The notes: a model not told the origin generated them from the sequence alone. Positions 18,918 to 29,065 are shown, counted from the first letter of the stretch. The stretch: DNA of 41,846 bases from an uncultured Bacilli bacterium (GCA_947626095.1 CANQQV010000013.1:1-41846), one strand, 5' to 3'. Numbers and translations are program-made.

Positions 18918-19799
18918 TTGAGAATCAAATTCAGTCATTTTATTTTTTAAAACTAATCTATTTGGTTCAGTTATTTTAACTAATGGTAATCTTGGTGAAC
19001 CAAAGTTAAAGCCTTTCATATTTAATGCCTCTTTAACTGGTATAGGATTTACTTCACTGAATAAGGCTTCAATTAATGGTAAAGCGGTTAATTGCATATC
19101 TAGTGATTTAGTTACATCACCATTTAAATAGTTAGCGACAATATCATGAGTATACTTAGGATAAATATTAGATAAAACAGAGATTACTCCTTTACCACCT
19201 AATGATAAAATTGGTACTATTTGATCATCGTTACCGGAATAGATAGTTAAATTATCACCACATAAATGAGCTATTTTAGCTACTTGAGAAATATTACCAC
19301 TAGCTTCTTTAATAGCAACAATATTATCTATCTTAGATAGTTCATAAGCTGTTTCGGGATTAATATTTAAACCTGTACGACTAGGAACATTATATAAAAT
19401 AATAGGAATATTAACTGATTTAGCAATAGCTTTGTAATGTTCAATTAAACCACCTTGGGTTGTTTTATTATAATAAGGTGTTACAACTAAAATACCATCA
19501 GCCCCAACACTTTCAGCATACTTTGACATACTGATAGCTGAAGCTGTGTTATTGCCACCAGTACCAGCAATGACAGGTATTCTTTTATTAACTGTATCAA
19601 CAGCAAATTTAATACATTCTTTCTTTTCTTCTAAACTCATTGTAGCTGATTCACCTGTAGTACCACAAACGATGATAGCATCAGCTTGACCTTCTATTTG
19701 ATATTCAATTATTTTTTTAAATTCATCATAATTTATACCATCTTCGGTAAATGGTGTGGCGATAGCTGTACCACAACCAGTAAATAAAACTTTTTTCAT
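18912..19799 (-). CDS. dapA: 4-hydroxy-tetrahydrodipicolinate synthase
   Basis: GTTGES, AGTGGN, VTPYYNK, LYNVPSRTG, IKEASG, SGNDD, NPIPVK. Confidence 0.95.
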   Translation of the reverse strand: MKKVLFTGCGTAIATPFTEDGINYDEFKKIIEYQIEGQADAIIVCGTTGESATMSLEEKKECIKFAVDTVNKRIPVIAGTGGNNTASAISMSKYAESVGADGILVVTPYYNKTTQGGLIEHYKAIAKSVNIPIILYNVPSRTGLNINPETAYELSKIDNIVAIKEASGNISQVAKIAHLCGDNLTIYSGNDDQIVPILSLGGKGVISVLSNIYPKYTHDIVANYLNGDVTKSLDMQLTALPLIEALFSEVNPIPVKEALNMKGFNFGSPRLPLVKITEPNRLVLKNKMTEFDSQN

Positions 19800-19955
19800 T
19801 ATTTAACCTCCCTATTAAATTTATTCACTTAAAAGCGAAAAATTTAATTATACTCTAATAATATACAAAGACAAGGTTAAAATTGAGTAATGAAAATCCA
19901 CACTATTATTTTTCTTTCCACATTTTTTAGTAATAAAAAAGAAGATTAAATCTTC

Positions 19956-20522
19956 TTAACTAAAATCAACAGTTGGATTTTCTTTTTTACTTTCTTCAAC
20001 TTCAAAGTAAGTTGCTTTTTCGAAATGGAATATTCCAGCAACTATATTACTAGGAAATTTTTGAGTTTTAGTATTATATGCTTTAACAGCTTCATTATAA
20101 TCATGACGCGAAGTTGAAATTCTGTTTTCCGTACCAGCCAATTCATCTTGAAGATTAATAAAATTCTCATTAGCTTTTAAATCGGGATAGTTTTCAACAA
20201 TAACCATTAAAGCATTAATAGCATTGGTTAATTCTTCATTAGCTTCTGATTTTTCATCAACAGTATTAGCTTTAAGTAAGTTTTCACGAGCTGATGTAAC
20301 TTTTTCAATAGTTTCTTCTTCGTGTTTTACATAACCTTTAACGGTATTAACTAAGTTAGGAATTAAATCTGCTCTTCTTTCTAGTTGAACATCAACGTTA
20401 GAATATTGAGTATCAACGTCTTCTTTTAAAGTAACTAATTCATTATATGATGAACCAATTGCCATACCAATAAATGCTAATAAAGCAACTATTACTATAA
20501 CTACAATTAAGCTTTTTTTCAT
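19956..20522 (-). CDS. lemA: LemA family protein
   Basis: QLERRADLIPNLVNTVKGY, ENYPDLKANENF, ELAGTENRI, FPSNIVA. Confidence 0.95.
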   Translation of the reverse strand: MKKSLIVVIVIVALLAFIGMAIGSSYNELVTLKEDVDTQYSNVDVQLERRADLIPNLVNTVKGYVKHEEETIEKVTSARENLLKANTVDEKSEANEELTNAINALMVIVENYPDLKANENFINLQDELAGTENRISTSRHDYNEAVKAYNTKTQKFPSNIVAGIFHFEKATYFEVEESKKENPTVDFS

Positions 20523-20628
20523 AGTAGTCCTCCTTATATTTACATTGTATCATATTAATTTTTTTTTAATACTTTTTATAATGGGCTTTGACAAATTATT
20601 TGTAAAAATAAAAAGAGCTATAAGCTCT

Positions 20629-21393
20629 TTACTTTAAATTATCATTAATATAATGTAATAGTTCTTCTTGTTCAATATTATAACCAGTAATATTATATGA
20701 AACATTTTCATAATTAAATGATATGTCAATTACTAAATCTTCATTTGGATCATTATTTGGATAAGAACTAATTATAATAACTGGGGTTTTTATATTAGCT
20801 ATTTCTTGTAAAACAGTTGTTTTGCCATAATTATGAACATCAGTATCGCTTAAATCACTTTCATAATTTTTAGTATATATAACAGCATTGCCATAAATAA
20901 CTTTATCATGACGTCCTTGCATAACTTTACACTCTTCTTGGCAATCAATTGGTATTTCAAAGTTAATATACATTGCTCCTACTTTTGATTCACTATTTAG
21001 GTTTCCATAACTATATGAATAACGCCCTTTAGAAAAACCTAAGACATTTACTTTAGATATATTTCTTACATCTTCGATTGTTACATTATTAACATGTTTA
21101 TGAATATCCTTTGAGTCGATAACGAGATCATCTATAGCAGTATTAGTAATTTTAATGTCACTAAGAGTAACTTCTTGACCATTGCTTTCAATTGTCTTAC
21201 TACCTAAATTTTTAATAAAGTCTTTGATAGTGTCAGCATTAACAATGGTTGTGGTAATAGTAATAAACATTAAAATTAATAAGAAAGCATTTTTTAACTT
21301 AGAATTATTCTTTTTTCTTTGGATAGTATTAAGAATTTCATCATCAATATTTTTATCTACATTATATTTACTAATTTGATTTTTATAATTCAT
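20629..21393 (-). CDS. Putative anti-sigma factor (single TM, extracellular domain)
   Basis: 1 bp downstream of the ECF sigma gene; short cytoplasmic N-terminus followed by a TM. Confidence 0.65.
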   Translation of the reverse strand: MNYKNQISKYNVDKNIDDEILNTIQRKKNNSKLKNAFLLILMFITITTTIVNADTIKDFIKNLGSKTIESNGQEVTLSDIKITNTAIDDLVIDSKDIHKHVNNVTIEDVRNISKVNVLGFSKGRYSYSYGNLNSESKVGAMYINFEIPIDCQEECKVMQGRHDKVIYGNAVIYTKNYESDLSDTDVHNYGKTTVLQEIANIKTPVIIISSYPNNDPNEDLVIDISFNYENVSYNITGYNIEQEELLHYINDNLK

Positions 21394-21394
21394 A

Positions 21395-21850
21395 TTATTC
21401 CTCCTTTAAAAAATCTTTTAATATTTGACGACTTCGATAAAGTCTTACTTTAATATTTGATTCACTCATTTTTATTAGTTTAGAAATCTCCGCTATTTTA
21501 TAACCTTCATAATAATATAAGTGAATAATTAATGAATCTTTTTTAGATAGCTTAGAAAAGGCTTCAAGGAATGATATATCGATATTGTCTTTATCTCTAA
21601 TGTTTTCTTCTAGAGTTTGAATTTTATTTTTCCAAGGTGACATTAAAGATGTTTTACATTCATTGATAGTTACTTTAATTAACCATCTTTTGATTAATAA
21701 GTCTTCGATTTTAGACATCTTACGATAATACTTGAAAAAGACATTCTGCATAATATCTTCACTATCTTTGATATTTTTTGTATAACTAATAGCAAGACGA
21801 TATATATCATTTTTATATTTGTTATATACTTCTAAAAACTTATCTGTCAT
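21395..21850 (-). CDS. ECF RNA polymerase sigma factor
   Basis: IYRLAISY..DSEDIMQNVFFK, WLIKVTIN, LYYYEGYKIAEIS..NIKVRLYRSR. Confidence 0.92.
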   Translation of the reverse strand: MTDKFLEVYNKYKNDIYRLAISYTKNIKDSEDIMQNVFFKYYRKMSKIEDLLIKRWLIKVTINECKTSLMSPWKNKIQTLEENIRDKDNIDISFLEAFSKLSKKDSLIIHLYYYEGYKIAEISKLIKMSESNIKVRLYRSRQILKDFLKEE

Positions 21851-21883
21851 ATTGCACCTTCTATTGAACCGGTTCTACTATAT

Positions 21884-21911
21884 TAACTTTTTAAATAGCT
21901 TAATCGTTACA
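21884..21911 (-). promoter_or_regulatory. Candidate autoregulatory ECF promoter
   Basis: Minus strand TGTAAC-N18-GTTA upstream of the sigma gene; AAC/GT pattern is typical of ECF promoters. Confidence 0.4.
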
Positions 21912-21951
21912 AATTTTTTATTATATTTAAAAAGAAGGTTTGGTAACCTTC

Positions 21952-23352
21952 TTATTTAGCAGCTGATGCTAATAATTTATTCATTAATGTATATACAGAA
22001 TCACTTAAGATTTTACTCTTATGAATCTTAGATAGATTATTAGCTATTTCTAAATATTCTTCTTTAGTAAGAGTTTGGCCTTTAGCTTCATTTAATTTTA
22101 CTAATTGTCTTACGGTTAAAGAGAATATTTGAGCTTCATTTTTTATTTCTTCATCACTTAATTCCATGATAGCAGCTGTTTCGACATAATTAACATCTAA
22201 ATCAATATTATAACTAGATAAAGATGATTTAATACCATAATTCATGAATGAAGATAAGATAGATTTAAAGTCTTCATTACGGAATAAACATAAGAATAAA
22301 TCTTCAGTAAATTCATCATCAGTAAAGGCTTTAATAAATTCATCACTGTCTTCTATTTCAGAAATATTATATTTATCTAAAATATCACTTAATTCAAAGA
22401 TAGTATCAATATCATTTACTAAACTATCACGATCCCATTTACTTACAATATCTAATAAATCTAAATAGATATCTTTACTACTATCTTCTGGTATTTCAAT
22501 AGTATTTCCCATAAATGATTTATTATCTTTCCAACGATTAGCAGCATTAGCACATACTTCACTAACGAAAGCTGGAGCAATATAAGTATTAGTAAATGAT
22601 TCTTTAATGATATTAAATTGGTCATTTAAATTATCAGAATTTTCCATTTGGGATAAAGTTAAGACAATTGTTGTAAGACTGGTTAATTCGTTAGTATTTT
22701 TTATTTTATTATCATAATCTTTGATCTTAGTAACATTATTAAAGATGGTTTCACTAAAACCATTAGAATATAATTTAATAACTGGATTACTTAAGACTGG
22801 TTTAAGACCTGAGACATTATAATTTGTTGCTTTAGTGGATACATCAGTCATTTTAACAAAAGTACCTAATGGGTATAGAAAAGCAAAAGAGATAATAATA
22901 AATGATACTAATGATATACCAACATTAACTAATTTATTATCTGGTTTAGGTGACTCATACTTACTATATGGAACTTTTTTAACTAATTTAAAGACTAATT
23001 TCTTTAATAGATGATTAATAATATAGAGAATGATGAAAATAAAGAAGAAACTTATTAAACCAATTATAATGGTTGAGATAAATTTAGTTATTAATTCAAT
23101 TGAAGAATCATTAACCCACTCTTCTTGATTAACATCAATTGCTTCTTTAATAAGATCACTTAAAAAAGGGACTACTTTATTACCAGCTAAAGTAATAGTT
23201 AATTTAGTAAATAAGAAAGTCATAATAAATGTAATGACATTTGTAACAAGACAAAAAATATTTTTTAAAGTTTTTCTTTTAGATGCAATTAATAAATAAG
23301 ATATTAAAATAATTAAAAATAAACAAGTAAAAATTATTGATACGATTTGCAT
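21952..23352 (-). CDS. Membrane protein, ~4 TM plus large helical domain
   Basis: Hydrophobic N-terminal third; AGGAGG RBS; terminator overlapping the stop. Confidence 0.7.
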   Translation of the reverse strand: MQIVSIIFTCLFLIILISYLLIASKRKTLKNIFCLVTNVITFIMTFLFTKLTITLAGNKVVPFLSDLIKEAIDVNQEEWVNDSSIELITKFISTIIIGLISFFFIFIILYIINHLLKKLVFKLVKKVPYSKYESPKPDNKLVNVGISLVSFIIISFAFLYPLGTFVKMTDVSTKATNYNVSGLKPVLSNPVIKLYSNGFSETIFNNVTKIKDYDNKIKNTNELTSLTTIVLTLSQMENSDNLNDQFNIIKESFTNTYIAPAFVSEVCANAANRWKDNKSFMGNTIEIPEDSSKDIYLDLLDIVSKWDRDSLVNDIDTIFELSDILDKYNISEIEDSDEFIKAFTDDEFTEDLFLCLFRNEDFKSILSSFMNYGIKSSLSSYNIDLDVNYVETAAIMELSDEEIKNEAQIFSLTVRQLVKLNEAKGQTLTKEEYLEIANNLSKIHKSKILSDSVYTLMNKLLASAAK

Positions 23353-23413
23353 ATGTATTCCTCCTAAGATATTTATAACACATTTTAAATTGTTAAGCTA
23401 TTAAAATTGTAGC

Positions 23414-23782
23414 TTAATCATCTTCATAATAGTAATCATCTTCTTCGAGTTCTTCTTCATCAAAGTTATATGATGAATATTTACCTTCTCTTACTAAATC
23501 TTTTTGCCAATCTTCAAGATTTTGCGAATTCATTTTGCTTTCTAGTTCTTCATCTTCTAGTTCATCATCATTAAGTAAAGTAGCTAAAGCAAGGCCAGTA
23601 GCAAGTTTTTTATTATCTTTTTTATCTTTTTTATTTTCTTCCTGTTTATTAGTAACTATTTTAAAAATAAAAGATATTAAGTTAATTAAAGCTTTAATTA
23701 TAAAGAAAATAGCAACAAAAATTACGGTTATTATTGTTGCTAAAGATTTGGTATCATCATTCTTTTTCGCCATATTACTCAT
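23414..23782 (-). CDS. Small membrane protein with very acidic C-terminus
   Basis: TM, Lys-rich patch, ends EEELEEDDYYYEDD. Confidence 0.6.
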   Translation of the reverse strand: MSNMAKKNDDTKSLATIITVIFVAIFFIIKALINLISFIFKIVTNKQEENKKDKKDNKKLATGLALATLLNDDELEDEELESKMNSQNLEDWQKDLVREGKYSSYNFDEEELEEDDYYYEDD

Positions 23783-23856
23783 CTCACTAATATTATATTA
23801 TTAAATAAATGGTTAAGCAATTTTTAAATAAAAAAATAAACAAACATTAAGTTTGT

Positions 23857-24519
23857 TTATTCAGGATTACCCAATTTTATATCTTTATCTTTTTCTTTAA
23901 CAACTAAAATGCGATCAAATAAAACCATTAAATCACTATAATCAAGCAAGGCATCAGCTTTAACAACAGCATTAATAAATTCATTTTTATTTTCGATTAA
24001 GGAATAATCTAAGTTATATTCTTCTAAACCATTAGTTTTACAGATATAATCAAGTAGTTGTCTTACAAATTCTCTTTCTGTACGACCATTACCTTCTCTA
24101 AAAGGATGAATAATATCTAAGTTAGCATAGAATTCTGTAATAAATTTTAGTAAGTCTTCACGATTATGAATATTAGGTATAGTATATTTTAGACTAGCAA
24201 ATAGTTTGTTTAGTTCAGTAGTTATATATTGCGGCAAACAAAAAGGAATTCGTTTAGAAATGACTTCTGTTCTGATCTCTCCAGCAAATGGATAGATATC
24301 TTCAAATAAAAATTTATGAATAGATTTATAGTGTTCAATATCAAATGTTTGATGACCAGGATCTAAATATAATTTAGCTAGTTTATAGCTAGTAACCATT
24401 CTTTCAGCTTTATTTAGTAATTCTTCATCATCGAGATTAAGTTTATTTTGTAAAACACCACCAGCTCTAGTATATGGTGATTGATAATTTAATATTTCAT
24501 CGATTCTTCCCATAACCAA
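23857..24519 (-). CDS. fic: Fic-domain toxin (AMPylase)
   Basis: IHKFLFEDIYPFAGEIR and the canonical HPFREGNGRTER motif. Confidence 0.92.
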   Translation of the reverse strand: MVMGRIDEILNYQSPYTRAGGVLQNKLNLDDEELLNKAERMVTSYKLAKLYLDPGHQTFDIEHYKSIHKFLFEDIYPFAGEIRTEVISKRIPFCLPQYITTELNKLFASLKYTIPNIHNREDLLKFITEFYANLDIIHPFREGNGRTEREFVRQLLDYICKTNGLEEYNLDYSLIENKNEFINAVVKADALLDYSDLMVLFDRILVVKEKDKDIKLGNPE

Positions 24520-24721
24520 GTTCTCCTTTTTGTTCTTCCCCTGGTTTATATTTTTTAACTAATTTAACAACAGAGTATAAAAAACTTTCATCAGTTTTAG
24601 TTTCTAATCCTTTTATTACTGCTGCGACTTCTTGATCAGTTAAGCTATTATTTTCTAGACCATTACTACTACTAGCATAAGTAACAGCTGTTTCGATTTC
24701 TTTACGAGGTTTTTCTTCCAT
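24497..24721 (-). CDS. VbhA/FicA-like antitoxin
   Basis: SNGLEN fits the (S/T)xxxE(G/N) inhibitory motif; overlaps the fic start. Confidence 0.8.
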   Translation of the reverse strand: MEEKPRKEIETAVTYASSSNGLENNSLTDQEVAAVIKGLETKTDESFLYSVVKLVKKYKPGEEQKGELGYGKNR

Positions 24722-24770
24722 TTATTCACCATCTTCCAAAGTTATTTTATATTTATATCTTATCATATAA

Positions 24771-25268
24771 TTATAGTTTTTTTAAATAGACATTTCTTAT
24801 TCCTCTTGTGAATTGTTTGGTAGTTATTAACATGAAGTTATCCTTAAGAATATTATTAATAGAATAATGATTATCAGGATGAACTGTTACTATAGCGTAG
24901 GACATTTGATTTTGATAATAATTATCTAAGTATTGTAACATTTGATATTGCAATCCTAAACCACGATATTTAGGATTAACAAACATTGGTCCATAATCAA
25001 TTACTTCGTTATAGTTATAGTCGGTTAATGATAAACGATGAAGGCTTTTGTTAGTACTTGGAATACTCATCATAGAACAAACGAATTCTTCGTTATTATA
25101 AAACAACCAAATTTTAGAACCAGTAGCTAAAAGATTAGTTAAAGCATCAGAATCAAAATCACCTAACCAATCAGGATGAGGCATTGTTTTTTTTATTTCT
25201 TCACGATACTTTAGATATTCATTAATATCAATATTAGTATTTACAGCTTTTAATTTATTTAAACGCAT
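24771..25268 (-). CDS. GNAT family N-acetyltransferase
   Basis: FVNPKYRGLGLQ, TVHPDNHYSINN. Confidence 0.85.
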   Translation of the reverse strand: MRLNKLKAVNTNIDINEYLKYREEIKKTMPHPDWLGDFDSDALTNLLATGSKIWLFYNNEEFVCSMMSIPSTNKSLHRLSLTDYNYNEVIDYGPMFVNPKYRGLGLQYQMLQYLDNYYQNQMSYAIVTVHPDNHYSINNILKDNFMLITTKQFTRGIRNVYLKKL

Positions 25269-25277
25269 ATTTTATCC

Positions 25278-26219
25278 TTATTTATATTTAACACTTCGGC
25301 CGGTTATACAGGTTGATAAAAATTTAGCATAAGAAGTACCATAACGAGGTTTATCATAAACATATAATTTAACTTTTTTTAATTCACCATGAGGAATAGT
25401 AGCGACAAATTTACTAGCAACATCATTAAGTAAAGCTTCTTTGGAATTATAACTGTGTAAGCCACGATATGCTAACCAAGAATTTTCAACCCAATAATAT
25501 TTTTTATGATCTTTATAAATTAAGAAAGTATGACTTATATCATATTCATCATCAGGATATGTCATATAGTATGTACGATAATCTACATTTAATTTAGTAG
25601 CTATTTCGCGTTCAACTTCAACTTGTTCAAAACAAGTAGCTATTTTACTTTCTAAGACTTGTTTAGGGCTTTGAAAATAGAAGATATCTTTAAAATTTCT
25701 TTTATAACCTAAATATTTATTACCTTCTCTATCACGATAACCTATTTTAACATCTTTTAGTTTTTCTTTAATAGTATCGTATAAACTATCATATTTCATA
25801 ATAGTAGTACGGCCATTTCTTACAGGTAGAAAACCTTTATTAGTAAAGAAATTAATTGCTTCTTTGTTTTCTTTATATACCCAAACATAAAGAATAGGAA
25901 AATCTTTTTTTAATCTTTCGATAATAGTTGTTCCAATTGTTTGACGACGGTATTCTTTAAAGAGATATAGAATATCAATCATATATCCGTTTTCGTAAGG
26001 TGTTAAAGAGTAAGCGCCACCTATTTTTTTATCAATATAAATAAGTTTATAGTTAGCAAAGGTCTTTTTTAAATCTCTTAAAATGCTTTTTCTTACTTTA
26101 TTTTTCTCTTCGAATGATAAGGCTTTGTCCATATCGTCATCAATCATTGTAACTAGTTTAATACTAGATAATATTTCAATATCTTTTTCTTTTGCATCAA
26201 CTATTTTAAACTCAAGCAT
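25278..26219 (-). CDS. GNAT acetyltransferase fused to a transglutaminase/papain-like domain
   Basis: N-terminal LYLFKEYRRQTIGT...NKEAINFF; C-terminal QSPKQV..ATCFEQVE, SHTFLIY, YWVENSW. Confidence 0.65.
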   Translation of the reverse strand: MLEFKIVDAKEKDIEILSSIKLVTMIDDDMDKALSFEEKNKVRKSILRDLKKTFANYKLIYIDKKIGGAYSLTPYENGYMIDILYLFKEYRRQTIGTTIIERLKKDFPILYVWVYKENKEAINFFTNKGFLPVRNGRTTIMKYDSLYDTIKEKLKDVKIGYRDREGNKYLGYKRNFKDIFYFQSPKQVLESKIATCFEQVEVEREIATKLNVDYRTYYMTYPDDEYDISHTFLIYKDHKKYYWVENSWLAYRGLHSYNSKEALLNDVASKFVATIPHGELKKVKLYVYDKPRYGTSYAKFLSTCITGRSVKYK

Positions 26220-26295
26220 ACTATCACCTATTTCTGCCCATTATACTACCAAAAATTTCAAAAAAAATATAGTACTTTCATACTATATTCTTATT

Positions 26296-27750
26296 TTATT
26301 TCTTTTCAGAGGCGTTTTTACCTTTAATTACAACGCCACGATTTTTACAACTATCTTTACCTTCTGGACAATATTTTAAGACTTTGCAAGTAGGTCCAAG
26401 TGATTCACCAATTAATGGAGCGACTTCACTAGCTTCAGCAACCATTTGGTTAGCGATATTTCTAATAGCAGTTTGAGCTTTATTACAACATCTCATACGA
26501 CTTATCCATTCAAGAGTGCGAGCACTCATAGTTGTTGAGATATTGCATGCATTACCTGATAGATAGAAGTATACTAGGTCTTCATCTCGAACACCTTGAC
26601 TTCTAAAATATTCCATTAAGGCTTTATTATCAGCGAATATTTTATCATATTCAGCTTGATGCTCTTTTAAATTTTCAGGCATAACGTATGTACCTAAATC
26701 CCACATTGGGACAAAGTCTGGGACTAATAGCGAATGCATACGATGTCTAGTTATATGAGTTAGAACAGCTAGTTCAATAGGAATTTCGAAAGAGAAGATA
26801 GCTTGTTCTAGTTCTCTTTGTTGTTTACTATGAATTAAAGCATCCATTAGTTTATGATCGATTTCAGGATCTTCTTTTCTTAAAGCATTTAATTTCTTTA
26901 AAGCTTCAACATGAGTTATTTGATATCTATTCATTAAAATAGCACATAAAACTTTATTATCAGCATCTGGAGTATAGTCATACATATTAACTTTATCAAG
27001 TAGTTTTTGATGACCATATAATTCTTGGCCTTTTTTACTTAGAGTATCATCTAAGAAGGTGTATTGATCTTCATAGTAAGTCTTTTCTTTTTCATTATCT
27101 AAGGCTCTAACTAAGTATGGCGCATATTCCCTAATGGCAGATGCTAGTTTTTCCCCTAATTCTTTAACTTCAGGAATATGAGAAGCTTTACCGTAGATTA
27201 AATCACTGGTCATATTAAGTAATTCGTTAGCATCACAACCCATAATAATATTGCTATGGAAACAATATGGTAAGACATAACGACAATCTTCAACTGGGAT
27301 TGCTTCATCAACGAATTCACCATATTTATCAAATAAACTTTGAACGTGGTTCATATACATTTCTTTTAGTTCTTGATTATTTGGTAAGACATTACCTTCT
27401 TTATCACAGAAATCAGGAATGACATAACCAGCTGTTCTAAAGTCAACATTTCTTCTTGATTTTATTGTAAATGAAGTCAAGCGATAACTAATTATTATCT
27501 GTTCAATTAAAACAGATACATCTTCTAAAGCAAAAACTAAGTAGTCATGTTCAGATATTGATTTATGACCATAACCAACAACAGCTCTAGCTAATTTTAG
27601 ATTACTTTCATAATTATTATGACTTTCAAATACTTGAGTTACAGTACCATCAGCGCGAGATAAATTACCTGCTGAGGCGACGATTTGTAATCTCTTTTCA
27701 ATTTCTTCTTTGGTATCATTACCAAGCATTGTAACTTTCATTAAAAACAT
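26296..27750 (-). CDS. thyX: Flavin-dependent thymidylate synthase with tandem ThyX domains
   Basis: Domain 1: GHKSISEH, TIKSRRNV, EDCRYVLP. Domain 2: ELEQAIFSF, HITRHRMHS, SARTL..RMRCCNKAQTAIR. Confidence 0.85.
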   Translation of the reverse strand: MFLMKVTMLGNDTKEEIEKRLQIVASAGNLSRADGTVTQVFESHNNYESNLKLARAVVGYGHKSISEHDYLVFALEDVSVLIEQIIISYRLTSFTIKSRRNVDFRTAGYVIPDFCDKEGNVLPNNQELKEMYMNHVQSLFDKYGEFVDEAIPVEDCRYVLPYCFHSNIIMGCDANELLNMTSDLIYGKASHIPEVKELGEKLASAIREYAPYLVRALDNEKEKTYYEDQYTFLDDTLSKKGQELYGHQKLLDKVNMYDYTPDADNKVLCAILMNRYQITHVEALKKLNALRKEDPEIDHKLMDALIHSKQQRELEQAIFSFEIPIELAVLTHITRHRMHSLLVPDFVPMWDLGTYVMPENLKEHQAEYDKIFADNKALMEYFRSQGVRDEDLVYFYLSGNACNISTTMSARTLEWISRMRCCNKAQTAIRNIANQMVAEASEVAPLIGESLGPTCKVLKYCPEGKDSCKNRGVVIKGKNASEKK

Positions 27751-27843
27751 CTCCTTTTACCATAATTCTCTACCAATCTAAATATAGCACAATTAGGGAA
27801 TAGAATAAAGTGTATTTTATACACTTTTAGTATTAAATTTAAA

Positions 27844-27866
27844 AATCCTAGGTATTACCTAGGATT
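27844..27866 (-). terminator. Terminator hairpin
   Basis: AATCCTAGGT-ATT-ACCTAGGATT perfect 10-bp stem next to an A-run. Confidence 0.7.
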
Positions 27867-27941
27867 AATTAAGCCGTAAATTGACGAATTTTGACAGTGT
27901 AAACCCACTATTGTATACATGTATAAAAAAGTTAAATTAAT

Positions 27942-28583
27942 TTATAAATTTGTTAAATCGATGTTTTTAACGTCAATAACGTTCATGCCATCAAAAGTAA
28001 CTTTAAACATCATTGGAGCGGTATAACGACCATCAACAATAGTTTCATCTTCAAAGCTTAAGATAATATTATCATCGACATTATAACCAGTTTCACACCA
28101 AGCCGATAGTAAGGCTGTTATAGCGGTAGCATGAGAGACAACAGCAATACGATTACCACTTTCAAACATAAGAATATTTTTCATAGCTTCAACCATTCTT
28201 TTTTTAGTTTGATTTAGTGATTCACCACCAGATAGTTTGAAATCAAAATCTTTACGTTGAAGGCGTTCAAATTCAGAAGATTTCATCTCACCCATTTCAC
28301 CGATTTTACGTTCATTTAAACGATCGTCGATATTAATAATAGTATTATTTTCTAAGGCTATGTATTTGGCTGTTTCTAAGCATCTAACATAGTTTGATGA
28401 ATAAACAGCATCAATATTTTGGAGTTCTTTGTGTTTACTTAATCTTTCCGCTCTTTTTTCACCACTAACAGAGAGAAATGCTTTCTCATTATTAATTTGT
28501 TTGTTATCATGCATACTAATATTTTTGATATTAGCATGTGGTGTAACTTCAGAATGTCGAATTAAATAAACTACAGTTTCCAT
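27942..28583 (-). CDS. Histidine phosphatase (phosphoglycerate mutase-like)
   Basis: YLIRHSE, YSSNYVRCLETA, RLNERKIG, GGESL, VVSHA. Confidence 0.9.
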   Translation of the reverse strand: METVVYLIRHSEVTPHANIKNISMHDNKQINNEKAFLSVSGEKRAERLSKHKELQNIDAVYSSNYVRCLETAKYIALENNTIINIDDRLNERKIGEMGEMKSSEFERLQRKDFDFKLSGGESLNQTKKRMVEAMKNILMFESGNRIAVVSHATAITALLSAWCETGYNVDDNIILSFEDETIVDGRYTAPMMFKVTFDGMNVIDVKNIDLTNL

Positions 28584-29065
28584 TAGAAAATCACCTCAAA
28601 TATACCAAATGATATAGCTAACATTATTAAGCCAGCTAATAAGACTCCAGCCATAACGGCAGCAATAGTCTTTTTAAAATCTAAATCTAAAATACTAGCA
28701 GCTAGGGTTCCAGTCCAAGCACCTGTACCAGGTAGAGGAATGCCGACAAACATAAATAAAGCAAAATACAAACCACGACCAGCTTTAGCTTCAAGTTTTT
28801 TACCACCTTTTTCACCTTTTAGTAAACACCAAGTAAAAAACTTACCAATGACTTTTTTGTCTTTGCCCCACTCTAATACTTTACGAGCAAATAAATAAAT
28901 GATTGGAACAGGTAACATATTGCCAATAATAGATATAGCAAAATATAAACCTTTATTTAAGTTCCATGCTTCAGCAATAGGGATAGCCCCTCTTAGTTCA
29001 ATTAAAGGAACCATCGATACTAAGAAGACGATTATATATTTAAAAACTTTACTTTTAAAAAACAT
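28583..29065 (-). CDS. Small multidrug export family membrane protein
   Basis: SMVPLIELRGAIP, GNMLPVP, FVGIPLPGTGAWTG. Confidence 0.9.
   Translation of the reverse strand: MFFKSKVFKYIIVFLVSMVPLIELRGAIPIAEAWNLNKGLYFAISIIGNMLPVPIIYLFARKVLEWGKDKKVIGKFFTWCLLKGEKGGKKLEAKAGRGLYFALFMFVGIPLPGTGAWTGTLAASILDLDFKKTIAAVMAGVLLAGLIMLAISFGIFEVIF

Noticed and set aside
19800-19955. Lysine riboswitch upstream of dapA
   Set aside because: Too short and AT-rich; no L-box conserved elements. The two TCCACA hexamers are not full DnaA boxes.
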